From the NCBI RefSeq assembly GCF_963506605.1, contig NC_083288.1:21390001-21454000 (forward strand): DNA of 64,000 nucleotides, read 5' to 3'. The position numbers and the translations under genes are program-made. The notes under the pieces were generated by a model. It had not been told where the DNA came from. It saw nothing but the letters and a program-made list of their open reading frames with translations, and made no database searches. Positions within the stretch are counted from its first letter, which is position 1; every line of letters begins with the position of its first letter. Below are positions 1 to 11,820 of this stretch, in pieces. This stretch comes from Zootoca vivipara (taxonomy: Eukaryota).

Positions 1-2169
1 AATGTGAAGTTATGAAGAACACAGACTGGACAGAAGTAGGAATGCTTGTTTGAACTAGTAACTGGAAGGTGCCACAGCCAGCCTGGTTATGAAGAACACT
101 GAGGTGTCCTCCCACCATTAAGGACCTGCTAATTTTGTTCCAAGTATGTTCCTGGGCCCTAAACTTCAGCTCAGCCATCTGAAGGGCAGTGAAGGTTACA
201 TGCAAGGTTAAGAGTGTTTGATCCAGCACAATGTCATGTTTTTCAAAACAGCACTACCACTTCAGCGCGTGTGTTCAAAGAAAGCTGGCAGAGATGTATA
301 TGGCTCAACACCATTTAGGAGGTGGCAGCTGAACCAGGTGACAGATTAGGAGGTAATCAACTGGCTCACGGTGTCCAACCTCGAGACTTGACAACACAAT
401 ATCAAGTTGCAGCATTGTGTGAAAGAATTAACTAGGGCAGCCCACCCACAAACCTCTTCAAAAGGCCCATAAAAAGCAACACAGGCACAAATGCTCAGTG
501 GTTAGGAGGTGTGTCAATAGTCAATGCCAGTGGTTAACTCCTTGCTGCTTTGTTCTGCAAGGCAACAAGAGCCAGGTATCAACTTTATAACATAACACTG
601 TGTTAATAAAGGTTCCTTGACAGTGTGTTGCACAATAGGTAGGATGTAGTTCTCATCCCTCTCTCCACATTAAAGTACAGGTACCCATTTAAAGACATCT
701 CCCCCTTAGAGTGGAATGTGCATGCTCAACTCCTAACAGGCTATGGCTTTTGAAACATGTCTAAATTCTAATTCAGGGGTGGGTGATGTTTCTTGGTTCA
801 AGGACTGCATTTCTCTTTAGCCAACCCTCTGAGGCCACATGCCAGTTTGTTTGTCTGTCTGTCTCTTACACACCCACACACCACATCCCTCCAAAGGAGA
901 TTCATGCAGATCAGTTAAGAGGGCTGAACACCCCCTACCCACTTATCAAATAAATGAGTTGATGTCGGGAGGAGGCAATTTATTATTAGATTTATATACC
1001 GCTCTCCATCAAAAGATCTCAGGGGGGTAAACAGGATAGAAACACATCCATGTCAGGGTGCTAGGCTGGTCAGATTTTCACCAAAATCAGGAAGGTGGGG
1101 AGAGGGTGTCAAAAGCGTTTGTTTGAGGGGCCAGATCAGGCATCTGAACCAAAGGTTAGTTATCCCTGCATTTCTGTGAGACAGCTTCCATACAAACAAA
1201 CCACCACAGTGGCAGCCAGAACAGAATCGTCACATGGAATATAGGTAACCCGCTTCTTATGCTTATTTTACTTATGCCATCACAGCTTTATGAGGTGTTT
1301 GTGTGTGTTACGAAATAAATAAATGGAGATAGGAGGAAACCCTCTCTCCATTTAAATATTTTCCCCCCACACACACCTGCGCAAAGCTGCAATAATGGGT
1401 TTACAGTACTTCCCTTTTGGAAGGCGGTGTGAGGGCTCTGGAAGCATCCCAGAGCCCTAGCAGTAAGCGAGGTGCAGGGCTTTGGGAAGGAGAGAGGACT
1501 CTGGCAGGGTCCTAGAGCCTGCCCTCCTCCTTCCCAAAGGTGCAGAAGCACTTAGTAGGCTTTGTGAAGGAGGCGGCAGGACTCTAGGACCTGGCATGTG
1601 GATGATCCAATACATGTAGCTGGATCTAGACTTGCTGGCTGAATTTAGATTTTACTGAAATCCATGGGGTAAGTTATTATTTAAGTTTCATATATTGTAA
1701 CAGAAAAAAGTGCAAATAGCACAATCCACTAAGCAGTTCTTCTGTGCAAGCTCCATTAAAATGAAATGCAAAAAAAATAAAAAAATAACGCTTGCTAATT
1801 AAAATGAAGCACAAACCATTGTAAATTTCCCCCACAGAAGCCCTACTGACATCAATAGGAGCTGTCAAAGAGCTGAATTATTTCAATGGGGCTTGTGCAA
1901 GAGAATGTCCCAATACTTTGTGCCCCATAGGTTAAATGTACTTTATTCCACCTATGCTACCATTAATGACACCCAAGACCTCTCACATGAAGCAGCCACC
2001 TGACTTTGTGGCATTGCAGAGTGACCTCTGGCTCTGAAGCATTCCAAGTGACAGCAGAATTAAAGATACATAGGGAAGACCCTTATCCTTGCATATTACA
2101 GCCCATCAAAGCGGATAGTGTCATGGCGAGACAGTCCACGCTACGTACAAAAAAAGGTTTCCAGCTTTT

Positions 2170-2231
2170 CCACCAACACACACATACCAAAACCAAGACT
2201 CTTCAGTTTCACATTGACTTTCCTTTTTATT
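2170..2231 (-). terminator. Likely main polyadenylation signal AATAAA (2226-2231) with GU-rich downstream element
   Basis: Minus strand reads ...gttAATAAAaaggaaagtcaatgtgaaactgaagagtcttggttttggtatgtgtgtgttggtgg. Confidence 0.7.
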
Positions 2232-3589
2232 AACGCCAACTTGTCTGAATTTTTTCCTTTTGTTTTTCTTTTAAAACAATAGCACAAAAAATGTGTTTCC
2301 AGGGAAGCAGTTTGACAGCTAGTATCTGATGACCTTCTGAAATAACAGTTAAAGCCACACCAAATATGAATTCCTTTTTAAAAAGGTGCTTTTTTAAAAA
2401 AAGGGAACTGTAAACGTCTGTGGGAGGAGTGGTGTCGGGTTTGAAATCTGGTTAGCAGGAACATGCTACTCTGGTAAGCAACTGATGGCACACAACTTAG
2501 AATTTCATCATCATGCCAGCTAGTACAAGTTTTAAGGCTTCTGAATCAAATTACCAAACGTCACCAAAGAAAGGGGGGGTTGGAAAGCTGCAGTCACAAG
2601 GAATTTAGGGGCGGTGTTTTGGTTTTCAAACAGGGTGAGTCTTTCAGAAAAACTACAGTGTTATGCATAAAGGGGGCCAGCCGTAACAGCGGCCCAGAAG
2701 GATCCAGTCACAGTACTAAATCTTTATTTGCATGCAGTGGGAGGATATAATTTAAAGAATGAGAAAAAGGTGGCATGAATTGTTTATTTTTATTTTCTTC
2801 ATGTGGCTGAAAAAGATGTTTTCACACAGGGTTGTGTATTATTATTTTTAAATCTCTAAGAAGGACATCAGCAAATGAAATCAAAAGAAGAGAGGGGCAG
2901 GCAGAGACAGAATATTTGATTTCTCCTTCCCTCAAAAGATAGTGAGACAAGAGATTGGGAAGGGCAGGACTCTTAAAAGCCTTCAAATATAATCTGAGAT
3001 TACAGGACATCTCCAGAAACACCCAACTCGGCACTACCCACTGGGTTGTGTGCCAAGCTGCCTTTCATTATTGAACCAATCCACAAAACACGTACATGTT
3101 TTTGCTGTCTTGTAGTGTGCTCTCTGGCGTGCTCAGAGGCATTAACCTACTCCTGCCCTCGACGTGCCACAGAATTCAACTTGCCTAGAAACCACTGGTT
3201 TCCCTGCTTCTTCTTCTTTTTTTTAGAAAATGGGAGAGGGATGGTTAAAAAATCATCAGTAAGTGGAAAGAAAGGAGGGGTGTTAAATATTTTGACCACT
3301 GACAAGGCTTAAGGAAGTTTCACAGTTTTGTTATCCTCTATTTTATTACCATTATATTTACAGGGTGTTTCTGTTTTCGCTGAATTGTTGATAATTTTTT
3401 TTAATAGAATTTAGTTCTGGAGTGTGAGCAGGAACCAGTTAACTACATTCATTGTCCAATCCCCTTGGTTTGAGAAAAGACTCCAATTTCCTTGGCGTAT
3501 GATTCAGCTGTCGGGTAGCAGCTCCTCCTCCTCGCACCGAGGCAGTTGGGCCACAGCAGTTGGGATGTCAGAGGTGGGTGAGGGTGGGC
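2205..3589 (-). other. NPEPPS: NPEPPS 3'UTR (about 1.4 kb; 3' end approximate)
   Basis: AU-rich stretch with no recognisable TE, running from the stop codon to an AATAAA that has a GU-rich downstream element. Confidence 0.7.
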
Positions 3590-3742
3590 TCACACAGCAG
3601 TCGGTGAGGCCTTGCGCTGCAGGAGGTACTGGTGGAGATTTTCGGCATCGCGCTTCAGCCATGCAGCGTTCAACAGAATGTTTTCACAGCACTGCTGGAT
3701 GGTGCGCTCAGCTGACGGAGCCGGGTGACTCTCAAAGAAAGC
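3590..3742 (-). CDS. NPEPPS: NPEPPS exon 23 coding part (AFFESHPAPSAERTIQQCCENILLNAAWLKRDAENLHQYLLQRKASPTAV*)
   Basis: Manual translation; TAG acceptor; TGA at 3590-3592; same length as the recalled human C-terminus. Confidence 0.96.
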   Translation of the reverse strand, partial: AFFESHPAPSAERTIQQCCENILLNAAWLKRDAENLHQYLLQRKASPTAV

Positions 3743-4139
3743 CTATATAAAACGAAACAACATCCACTGGGAGTTCCATATATGTCATTTTAATAAGTTT
3801 GAATCTTAGGATAGAGGTCTGTTCCACAGAAAATAAAAGTTTAGGGTGTGTTTTTTTAAAAAAACAACAACAACAAGGTGGGCACAAAAGCAGAACCTAA
3901 CTACAAAAATGGGGACTGCTCAGTTGGGCATGTGTATCTGGATACAACCAAAAGAGCATGTTTACCTATAAGGCAACTAAATGCTTTTGCAAGTTTCTGC
4001 TTAAAATTGTCTTGATTTTTCTATGTTGCCACAATGAGAAGATATCCTATACTCACAGGGAGAAAGGCAGGTGTTAAGTTTGCAGCCATAGATAGCTTTT
4101 TTTGGGTAACAATAAATTGTCCTTACGCTTATTCAAGTA

Positions 4140-4511
4140 GGTAAAAAAGTAAAGGACCCCTGGACAGTTAAGTCCAGTCAAAGGCAACTATGGGGTTGCG
4201 GCACTCATCTTGCTTTCAGACCAAGGGAGCCGGCGTTTGTCCACAGATAGCATTCTAGGTCATGTGGCCAGCATGACTAAACCGCTTCTGACACAACGGA
4301 ACACCATGACGGAAACCAGAGCACACAGAAAACCTTCCCACCGCAGCGGTGCCTATTTATCTACTTGCGCTGGTGTGCTTTTGAACTGCTAGGTTGGCAG
4401 GAGTTGGGATAGAGCAATGGGAGCTCACCTCACCCCATCATGGGGATTCAAACCGCCAACCTTCTGATTGGCAAGCCCAAGAGGCTCAGTGGTTTAGATC
4501 ACAGTGCCACC
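4140..4511 (-). mobile_element. Sauria SINE, near full length
   Basis: Diagnostic core ggtcatgtggccagcatgact...cctatttatctacttgc...gaactgctaggttggcagga; degenerate (ACCTTT) tail; flanking direct repeat ttcaagta at 4132-4139 and 4512-4519. Confidence 0.85.
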
Positions 4512-4828
4512 TTCAAGTACCCAAGGTGATGGATAGAGGACAGCAAAACAATAAATATATTCTGCCATATATTCATCCATCTCAGGACATTTAAACTACA
4601 TAGAAATGTGGGTATGGGGCTAGTTTTTACACAGAACTAATTAGCAAAATCAATCTTTGCTAAGGTTAGGACAGTGTTCATCGGGGCCTTGCAGACTGCT
4701 GAAGAATATGTAGAGCACATTCAATATGCAATTCCACAGACCAAGTGAGGTTTACTAGGTCTTAATCACTATTATAACCCCAAATGCCATTGCCTCCAAA
4801 TCTCTCTCTGATTTGGACTCAAACTAAG

Positions 4829-5017
4829 GCAGAGGGTAGTGGCACCTGCCCTGTGGAACGCCCTCCTATCAGATGTCAAGGAAATAAACTCTCTGAGTTT
4901 TAGAAGACATCTGAAGGCAGCCCTGTTCAGGGAAGTTTTTAATGTCTGATGTTTTATTGTGTTTTTAATGTTCTATTGGGAGCCGCCCAGAGTGGCTGGG
5001 GAATAAATAATAAATTA

Positions 5018-5070
<53 letters not shown>
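4829..5070 (+). mobile_element. L2-clade LINE 3' end with (TTA)n tail
   Basis: gccctgtggaacgccctcc...gacatctgaaggcagccctgtt...gggagccgcccagagtggctgggg followed by (TTA)n at 5022-5070; matches recalled lizard L2 3' ends. Confidence 0.7.
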
Positions 5071-5072
<2 letters not shown>

Positions 5073-5110
5073 TTCTCTGTGTTATCTGAGACAGCTAAAT
5101 CCTACCTTTA

Positions 5111-5176
5111 AAAAGCTAAAGGTAAAGGGACCCCTGACCGTAAGGTCCAGTCGCGGACGAGTCTGGAGTTGCGGCG
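5111..5176 (-). mobile_element. Sauria SINE 3' fragment
   Basis: aaaggtaaagggacccctgaccgtaaggtccagtcgcggacgagtctggagttgcggcg aligns with the corresponding end of the 59030 copy. Confidence 0.75.
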
Positions 5177-5712
5177 ACCGCCACCACGGGCAGTAGAACA
5201 GTGCAACAGGCAACTTAAATGTCGCAACACTTTTGAGTGACAGTGGTTTATGGCCCCAACTATTCTGTGCACCCCTCATTGTGATATGCTAGCCAATTAA
5301 TCCCTCTGCAGCACACCCCTGGGGAAAAGAACTCCCCCTATAGTGTAACGTGCTTAAAACTGACAGGTTTTTTTAAAGAAAAAGTCAAAAGTCAGTAACC
5401 ATGGCAATTTCCTTCAACTACCTGCTTAGGGGTTTGGTCATTCAACCCTTACGTAAGACAAAATCAATTCACATCGATTGGCTTCTTTGCACATTTGATT
5501 TTATTTATCTGGAGAATGCTGAGTCAGGAAAGAGAGTTCTAGAATACTTTGCTCTGACCTATATTTGTCCTTGCCCCTATTCCCTCCCACAATGAGGATG
5601 CCCCAACAGTGCGCACAGAGGAATGAGGTCAGGCATATCACCCCTTCATTGGCCTCTAAATGCACAAGCCCTGGCAATGCCATCAGCCAAGATGCAGATC
5701 AGACTGCCTTAC

Positions 5713-5760
5713 CTTAACCTCTGCAGCCATTTTGTCAATTGCAAATCCATCCACCGATAG
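5713..5760 (-). CDS. NPEPPS: NPEPPS exon 22 (48 nt; LSVDGFAIDKMAAEVK)
   Basis: Manual translation; CAG/GTAAGG boundaries; 100-nt intron 21. Confidence 0.95.
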
Positions 5761-5860
5761 CTGGAAAACAAGGAATGCACAATAAATCAGGAAGGGAGGG
5801 GACTTTTTAAAGCCTCATATTTTCAATGACTGCTGTAGTCAAAACACTTTGTGCACGCAC

Positions 5861-6016
5861 CTTTATTAGCCGGGATATTAAGAACCCTCCTTGGTAGCGA
5901 TTATAAAGTTCCTCCCAGTTGTCTCTGACAAACTTCCAGGCAGCTTTCCTGCCCTGCTTGCTGCCTCCGGCCACTCCACCAATGACAGATACTGTGTCCT
6001 GAGGACGTACCTCTTC
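5861..6016 (-). CDS. NPEPPS: NPEPPS exon 21 (156 nt; EEVRPQDTVSVIGGVAGGSKQGRKAAWKFVRDNWEELYNRYQGGFLISRLIK)
   Basis: Within ORF 5807..6088; CAG/GTGCGT boundaries. Confidence 0.96.
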
Positions 6017-7174
6017 CTGAAAATGGAGTGAGAAATTGCAGGTAATTCTAGCAACCTTGAATCCACATTTAAGTACCCCACACACCATCCAAGAGATGCC
6101 ATTATGCGCAGCTGCAGCACCAGCTTGCCTACTTAACTAGTCTGGGGATGCAGTATTCAGATATTCTTGCTTCATTTAACTCACTCCATAGCGACTTGCC
6201 TGCTTCTCTGTGTTGCAAAGGATCCTAGGAAGTCTTCCAGGACACACCCTCCGTTGATGGCAGTACTAGCCAGGCCTCTTGGGCCTTACTGTTGCACTGT
6301 GTTCACTGCTATAACTAGATGTTAGAAGCAGAAGGGGAATGGCATGGGATGGTTGTTTTGGTGGCACCCCCATGTGTATTAATCAACCATGCTGTGGAGC
6401 AGGGGGGCATTCTAACAGCAACGGACTATTCCTACAGCCAGTTTCAGCAGTAAATATTTCAATTCTGTAATGGTCACATGGCCATTCCAGAGGAGATGCA
6501 ATTATTGCTATTTCTCTGTCATTTAGGCCTGTACTGTGAAGCTGCAAGTATCCCACACGTCTCTGCATTTAGACTGAATATTCTACCCCTAGGCAATCCA
6601 GCTTCTTTCAAGCATCCTGATGAAAACAGTAGCAACCACTGATTAATCTTCCAAGGTATCAGTGGCCACACATCAACCAGCCAACAATGGAACACTAAGC
6701 AGTAAACCACAGTAAACTACTAGTGCAAGCCTACCACTATCACACACATTGTCTTTAGTTTAACAAGTTGCTAGTTCTCAGAGATCAAGAGGAAGATATT
6801 AACATATGCCTGATGTGTGATCCAATTCTGAAAAAATACATGGGCAGGGAGGCCAATCACTCTGAACCTGCTTTGAACTCTTTACAGCTCTCACAGCTTT
6901 GTGTCATTGCTCCTCCCTCTGTCTCTTTCTTTTCAGCTTATTTTGCATTAATTTTATGGCTTCTCCTTGCTTTGGGAGATATGCAGGGCAAGTGATGTAC
7001 CAATTGCTGCTCAATTTCCCTTTGGTTTCTTTGTCATCAAGCTGTGCATATATGTTCCAAGCCAACGTTAACTAACTTTTCTAAAAAATGAGGTCTTGTG
7101 CTGTGGTGTGAGGATTTTGAGTCTTGTGAGAATACCAGTAATCATTTAGGAATGTATAATATGTATTTGTGGTA

Positions 7175-7707
7175 CAGCGGTACTCAAACACCTTGGTACT
7201 CAAACAACTTGGAACCCAAACACTGTAAACCCAGGAGTTAAGTGTTCCGTTTTGCGAACTGTTTTCGGAAGCCAAGCATGCACTGTTTTGAGTGCCGAGT
7301 GTTACGCTGAGGTCTGTTGTTTTTTTTAAAAAGATAAGATAAGATAATCTTTATTGTCATTGCCCCCCTGCGGGAACAACGAAATTACTCGGCTGCTCCA
7401 TCCACTCAGATAAGGCACTCCACATAAATTTTGCACTTTTGTAGCTTTTTTGTGACTGTGTGGAACCCAGTTCAGCTACTGATTGTGTGACTGCAGTACA
7501 TTGTTTATTGCTTTCATTTTATGAATCAGTGGTCTCATTAGATAGTAAAATTCATGTTAAATTGCTGTTTTAGGGGTTGTTTTTAAAAGTCTGGAACCGA
7601 TTAATCCATTTTGCATTGCTTTCTACGGGAAAGTCTTGGTTTTGGAATGCTTTCGTTTTGGAAGTGAATTCCAAAACGGATTAAGTTTGAGAACCAAGGT
7701 ACCACTG
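7175..7707. mobile_element. Tc1/mariner (Tigger/pogo-like) non-autonomous element containing a nested LINE tail
   Basis: TA|cagcggtac ... ggtaccactg|TA termini with TA duplication. Confidence 0.7.
7331..7425 (-). mobile_element. LINE 3' tail (Rex1/Babar-like) nested in the MITE
   Basis: Minus strand: aatttcgttgttcccgcaggggggcaatgacAATAAAgattatcttatcttatctt, i.e. stem-loop, AATAAA and (TTATC)n tail. Family name is from recall. Confidence 0.55.
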
Positions 7708-7860
7708 TACACTGATTTTGATGTGTATGATAGAAACCATAAAAATAAAAAATGTAAACCAAGATTCTCAGGATCTCGAAACAAGCACCCGGTAATTCCA
7801 TGTTTATGCAACTGCTGATGCATGGGACACACACAACTGAGCATTTTGTTGGTTACTCAC

Positions 7861-7968
7861 TGAAAGTGCAAAAGTGAGAACTTTCTGTATTAACTCTGGC
7901 TGAGATATTGCACCAAGTACACGTTCTATTCGGTTCTTTTCTTCCTGCATATCAGCTTGCTTGTGGAG
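7861..7968 (-). CDS. NPEPPS: NPEPPS exon 20 (108 nt; LHKQADMQEEKNRIERVLGAISQPELIQKVLTFALS)
   Basis: Within ORF 7804..7986; CAG/GTGAGT boundaries. Confidence 0.96.
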
Positions 7969-9277
7969 CTGAAAGAAATCAAACACAGAGCAAGTGACAA
8001 GGCTCTTTCTCTGCCACGAGCAATCACCCTCTCTGCTTCAAGCTCAAGCCAATGAAGATAAATTAGAAACCTGACATGTGGTACACTGGCAAACCTGCTC
8101 AGCCTCTGGGAGCATGGCCAACGGGTAATCCACACAGGAATATTTGCCACTTAGTTTAGTGGGGGTCAAACAGAGGCCACACTTCCGAATAACTGCACTT
8201 TTGATATGGCAACAGAGCCACTAGGAGGCAGCCTAGCTCCACACGGTGGTGAAATGAGAGCCATTTCCAAATAACCTGCAGTGCTACCTATATTTAACTG
8301 AACTACTTGTCTTTTTTTGAAGTGTGTTCCTGGCCAGGCCCTTCATATAGGGGTAACATGTTACTTAGATCGGAGCTCTCCTGCAGGAGCAAATACAGCT
8401 GGCTGCAAGGTATAAGAAAAGCCACTAGGTATGATCTGAGGGATGAATAATCTTCCTGTGAAAAAAAGCTGAAGCAACTGGAAAAGATTGGGGTGGGGGG
8501 GGACACAGAACATGGCAAACTTCAACAGCTCTGCCATACAGTGCAAGAGTATCAGGAAAAACCCATTCTTAAAAAAACTTTTGCATCCTCCTCTGAACAC
8601 TACAAAGCAATTTGCTCTCCCAGCACATGAACCACCTGTGGAAACAGTTGCTATGGAGTGTTTTGGTGGCCACTGGAATTAATAGGTGGTCATAGGCCAT
8701 TATAGCCCAAAGCACTATTTCTATGAAATGGGATGGGCCAGAATCCAGGGTAGTTGCTCATTGCTCTATGGTTATTAAGAAAACCAAAGCCGCCAACAGA
8801 AAAATAACCATTTGGTTATGACTTGCAAGCTCTTTCTGTCAACTTCGTAGACATGATTACAACACTCCCAGGGACATTGTGAATCTTCTAGGCTTTATAT
8901 TTAATTGAATTTATGGTACTGATATCTTACCCATTTTGAAGGATTAATATTAATAGGACTAAATTCAAAAAGAATTATTTCAATTTGTGTGCGCCCACCT
9001 GTGTAACAAATGGTGCTTTTTAATCCCATTCATTTCAATGAGAGAGGTTCAAGAGCATTTAAAGATCTCTCTTGCTGAATTTAAGTGAGCATTATTAAGG
9101 GCAACTACTGTTCCCATGGGACAGAACAAAAAAGCATGCACTATCAAAATGCCAAATATTCAAACCACCTGTGCCCTTGATCATTAATGCATTACTGACC
9201 TGGGCTCATCACATTCATTTATAGATGGATTCTTCCCTGTATTTTTTCATGCACAAAAATGCAAAGAACACACTAAC

Positions 9278-9334
9278 CTTTAGCATAGTGTCTAAGGTTG
9301 TACTGTCACCGTGCTTCAAAACAGTTACATATAC
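9278..9334 (-). CDS. NPEPPS: NPEPPS exon 19 (57 nt; VYVTVLKHGDSTTLDTMLK)
   Basis: Manual translation; CAG/GTTAGT boundaries. Confidence 0.95.
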
Positions 9335-9720
9335 CTGGAAAGAATGATTTTAAAACGATTTAAAATCAATTTCTCAAGGAGCACATTTACTACCATCCAG
9401 TTTTAATGCATCCTCACTTTTAGATTTCACCCTGCTGCCCCTCCAAACTGTGCCCAGGAATTTCAGAAACCACTGGAAGCATGTGAACTTGCCCAATGCA
9501 ATCAGTATATGTTCTGCTTGTACAACTAAAAACTTCTAAATAGATATATTTAGCAGCTGCTCAAGGAAACTTATTGGCCAACCATGCAGGAAACTTACAT
9601 GGTTACTCAACACTGTATAAAAGACAGGATTTGTATTCAGGCAAGGGATGCAAAGGACGGGGGGAGGGGGGAGAGAATACAGATCCTTTAAGGAGAAAAG
9701 GATTTCTTAATGCAACCTAC

Positions 9721-9863
9721 AGGACTTCTCAGATCAGCGGAGAGGATGTGCTTCCCTTCCACGTGGTCCTTAAACCGGCGCCGAGCTTCTTCCACAGTTG
9801 CCTTATGGCCGGCTTTTCCTAGCTTGCCCAGAACTAAACCCCTCAGAAGTGCATCTAGATGGC
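9721..9863 (-). CDS. NPEPPS: NPEPPS exon 18 (143 nt; (G)HLDALLRGLVLGKLGKAGHKATVEEARRRFKDHVEGKHILSADLRSP)
   Basis: Within ORF 9688..9879; CAG/GTAGGT boundaries. Confidence 0.96.
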
Positions 9864-10289
9864 CTGATGAAAAAAACAAGAAAGTATGTTTATTTTTAAA
9901 GGATTAGCAGCATTTATTACTGGAATGGGGGGGGGTGTCACGAAATCTAACTGAAAAGGACATAATATTACCAGTTCATCAAAAATCAGGGCTTGGAGTC
10001 AGGGCTTTGTTTGTGACCTTGCTTCTACAAAATGCTTGCTAGTCTTCCTCTTCCTAAACTCCAGCAATGGAGCTTTCATATGCAACCTCAGGTGTGGTAC
10101 AGGTGGGTGTGACTTTGGGAAAACAGCCTTGTGAGCCAAATCAGGACCCCTGCTGCGCATAAATAAGCTGAAAGGCTGAAATATTCCCCCACCACTGATG
10201 TAAGCCTCTGGAAGTCTATTCAGGCACAGTGAAACTGGCAGGGCAAAGATTCATAGTGTTGAAATCTCACAGCAGAGAAACTTCCATAC

Positions 10290-10509
10290 CCTCGCCAGGT
10301 CTGGGGTCCCAGCCCAGCTTCTCTCCTATGGGTGAAAATATATCACGGACGAACGCCTGGATCTCCTCATAGAAGTCTGTGTGGGACAAGAGAGTCGAGA
10401 GAATCCCCAGGTTACAGCTCAGGTCGCTCCATACGGTATAGTTGGGCTCATTCACAAATGCTTCCATGACTTTTAGAACCTCTACAGTGCTAATAATTCC
10501 AGCTCGGGC
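10290..10509 (-). CDS. NPEPPS: NPEPPS exon 17 (220 nt; ARAGIISTVEVLKVMEAFVNEPNYTVWSDLSCNLGILSTLLSHTDFYEEIQAFVRDIFSPIGEKLGWDPRPGE+G)
   Basis: Within ORF 10267..10548; CAG/GTATGG boundaries. Confidence 0.97.
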
Positions 10510-10904
10510 CTGAGAGAGGAAAAGAAACAAGTTACACTCATCTCCCAAACCAAAATGAATTAAGGCTTACCGCAAAAGAGAAAGCTCTTTTGTGTTTCTT
10601 CCTCGTATCTGGAGAACGGATGTTGACTGCACCTTTTGCAGGAGGCAGGGGCAGAGAAAGGACAGCGCTACTTCACATGAGACTGGAATCAGTGTGTTCT
10701 AGTTGGGATACAGAGTTGGTTTCCAGCCATGTGACTAGCCTGGAAGACTAACCATGCCTTCTTTCTTTTGCAGGATATTTCATTCTCTAATTATAAATAA
10801 CTGGTTCCCAGCCCAATATAATTCCAGAGGGATCAAATCAAGCCCCTAAAAGGGGCTATGAAAGAGGTTTAATAAATTATAAAACAAATGTAAAAAGGGA
10901 AACA

Positions 10905-11260
10905 GAATTTTCTTCTGTCTCATAATTCTGCACTTTGGTGTCTCCTAATGGAATGGATCTGCAGTAGGTTCAGGACAGATGCAAGAATGTAGCACTCACA
11001 ATTAGTTTATGGAATTTACCTCCAGCGGATGGTATTCTGGTCACTAGCTTAGATGGCATTAAAAAGAGATTAGACAGATTCATGAGAGATCTGGGAGACC
11101 AGGATTCATGAAGTTTGCTGGGTGACCGTGGGCCAGTCAGTGTCTCAGTCTAACCTACCTCACAGGGTTCCTAGGATACCACAGGGGGGGGGGCCTGCCA
11201 AGAAGCAGCATCTAGCTGGGCACTACTGAATATAAGATGCTGGACTAGGCAGAGCTACCT
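10905..11260 (+). mobile_element. Old CR1-like 3' region interrupted by a MIR/CORE-like SINE fragment (about 11088-11170)
   Basis: ggttcaggacaga...cactagcttagatggcattaaaaagagattagacagattcatg is CR1-like; ctgggtgaccgtgggccagtca...ctaacctacctcacagggtt is CORE-like. Confidence 0.5.
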
Positions 11261-11820
11261 TACTCAACCCTGGCTCCTGGCTTTCCTTGCCCATTTTGTC
11301 TTCCTACCGGATGGTCTTTTGGACAGAAATCCCAGCTGCTTCCTGCCCACAATGTGATCTTGGTGACAGATAACCTGCTGCTGGGCAATCTGTTCTGTAA
11401 CACACACTCACTCATTTGTCAGGAATTGGCTTGGCTTGTGTCAGAGGCACTGCTTAACTCTGTGAGGCAAGAGTGCCTAGGGTTCTAAAGCTTCTTAAGT
11501 ATTTCTCAGTGAAATCAGTAATGGCAAACAACCATCCTTAAACTACAACTTGCCCACCATTGCCAATGTTCCACTGCAACAATAGGAAAAGGTAGAGAGG
11601 TAAGCTCGCTGCACTTTGCCACTATGCCCCTAACACTAAAGTCTAGTGATGAAGTTGCACTTCTACTGATTTCATGATGCTTTCAAGTCTCTAGCGGCTG
11701 AAAAAGATGCATTTATTATCATGTACAAATATTGGCTTCCTAACTAAAGCGCCTCTATTTGTACTGTCCACAAACCCACTTTCTAAAGTCCTCTGACATG
11801 TGGAAAACTTCTAAAATAAG

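Noticed and set aside
3449-3589. 46 open codons in frame after the NPEPPS TGA (possible stop-codon readthrough extension)
   Set aside because: Context is TGA-GCC, not the TGA-CTAG readthrough motif, and the length is unremarkable for a GC-rich proximal UTR.
3424-3750. 108-aa plus-strand ORF
   Set aside because: Antisense shadow of exon 23 and the proximal UTR; no recognisable domain.
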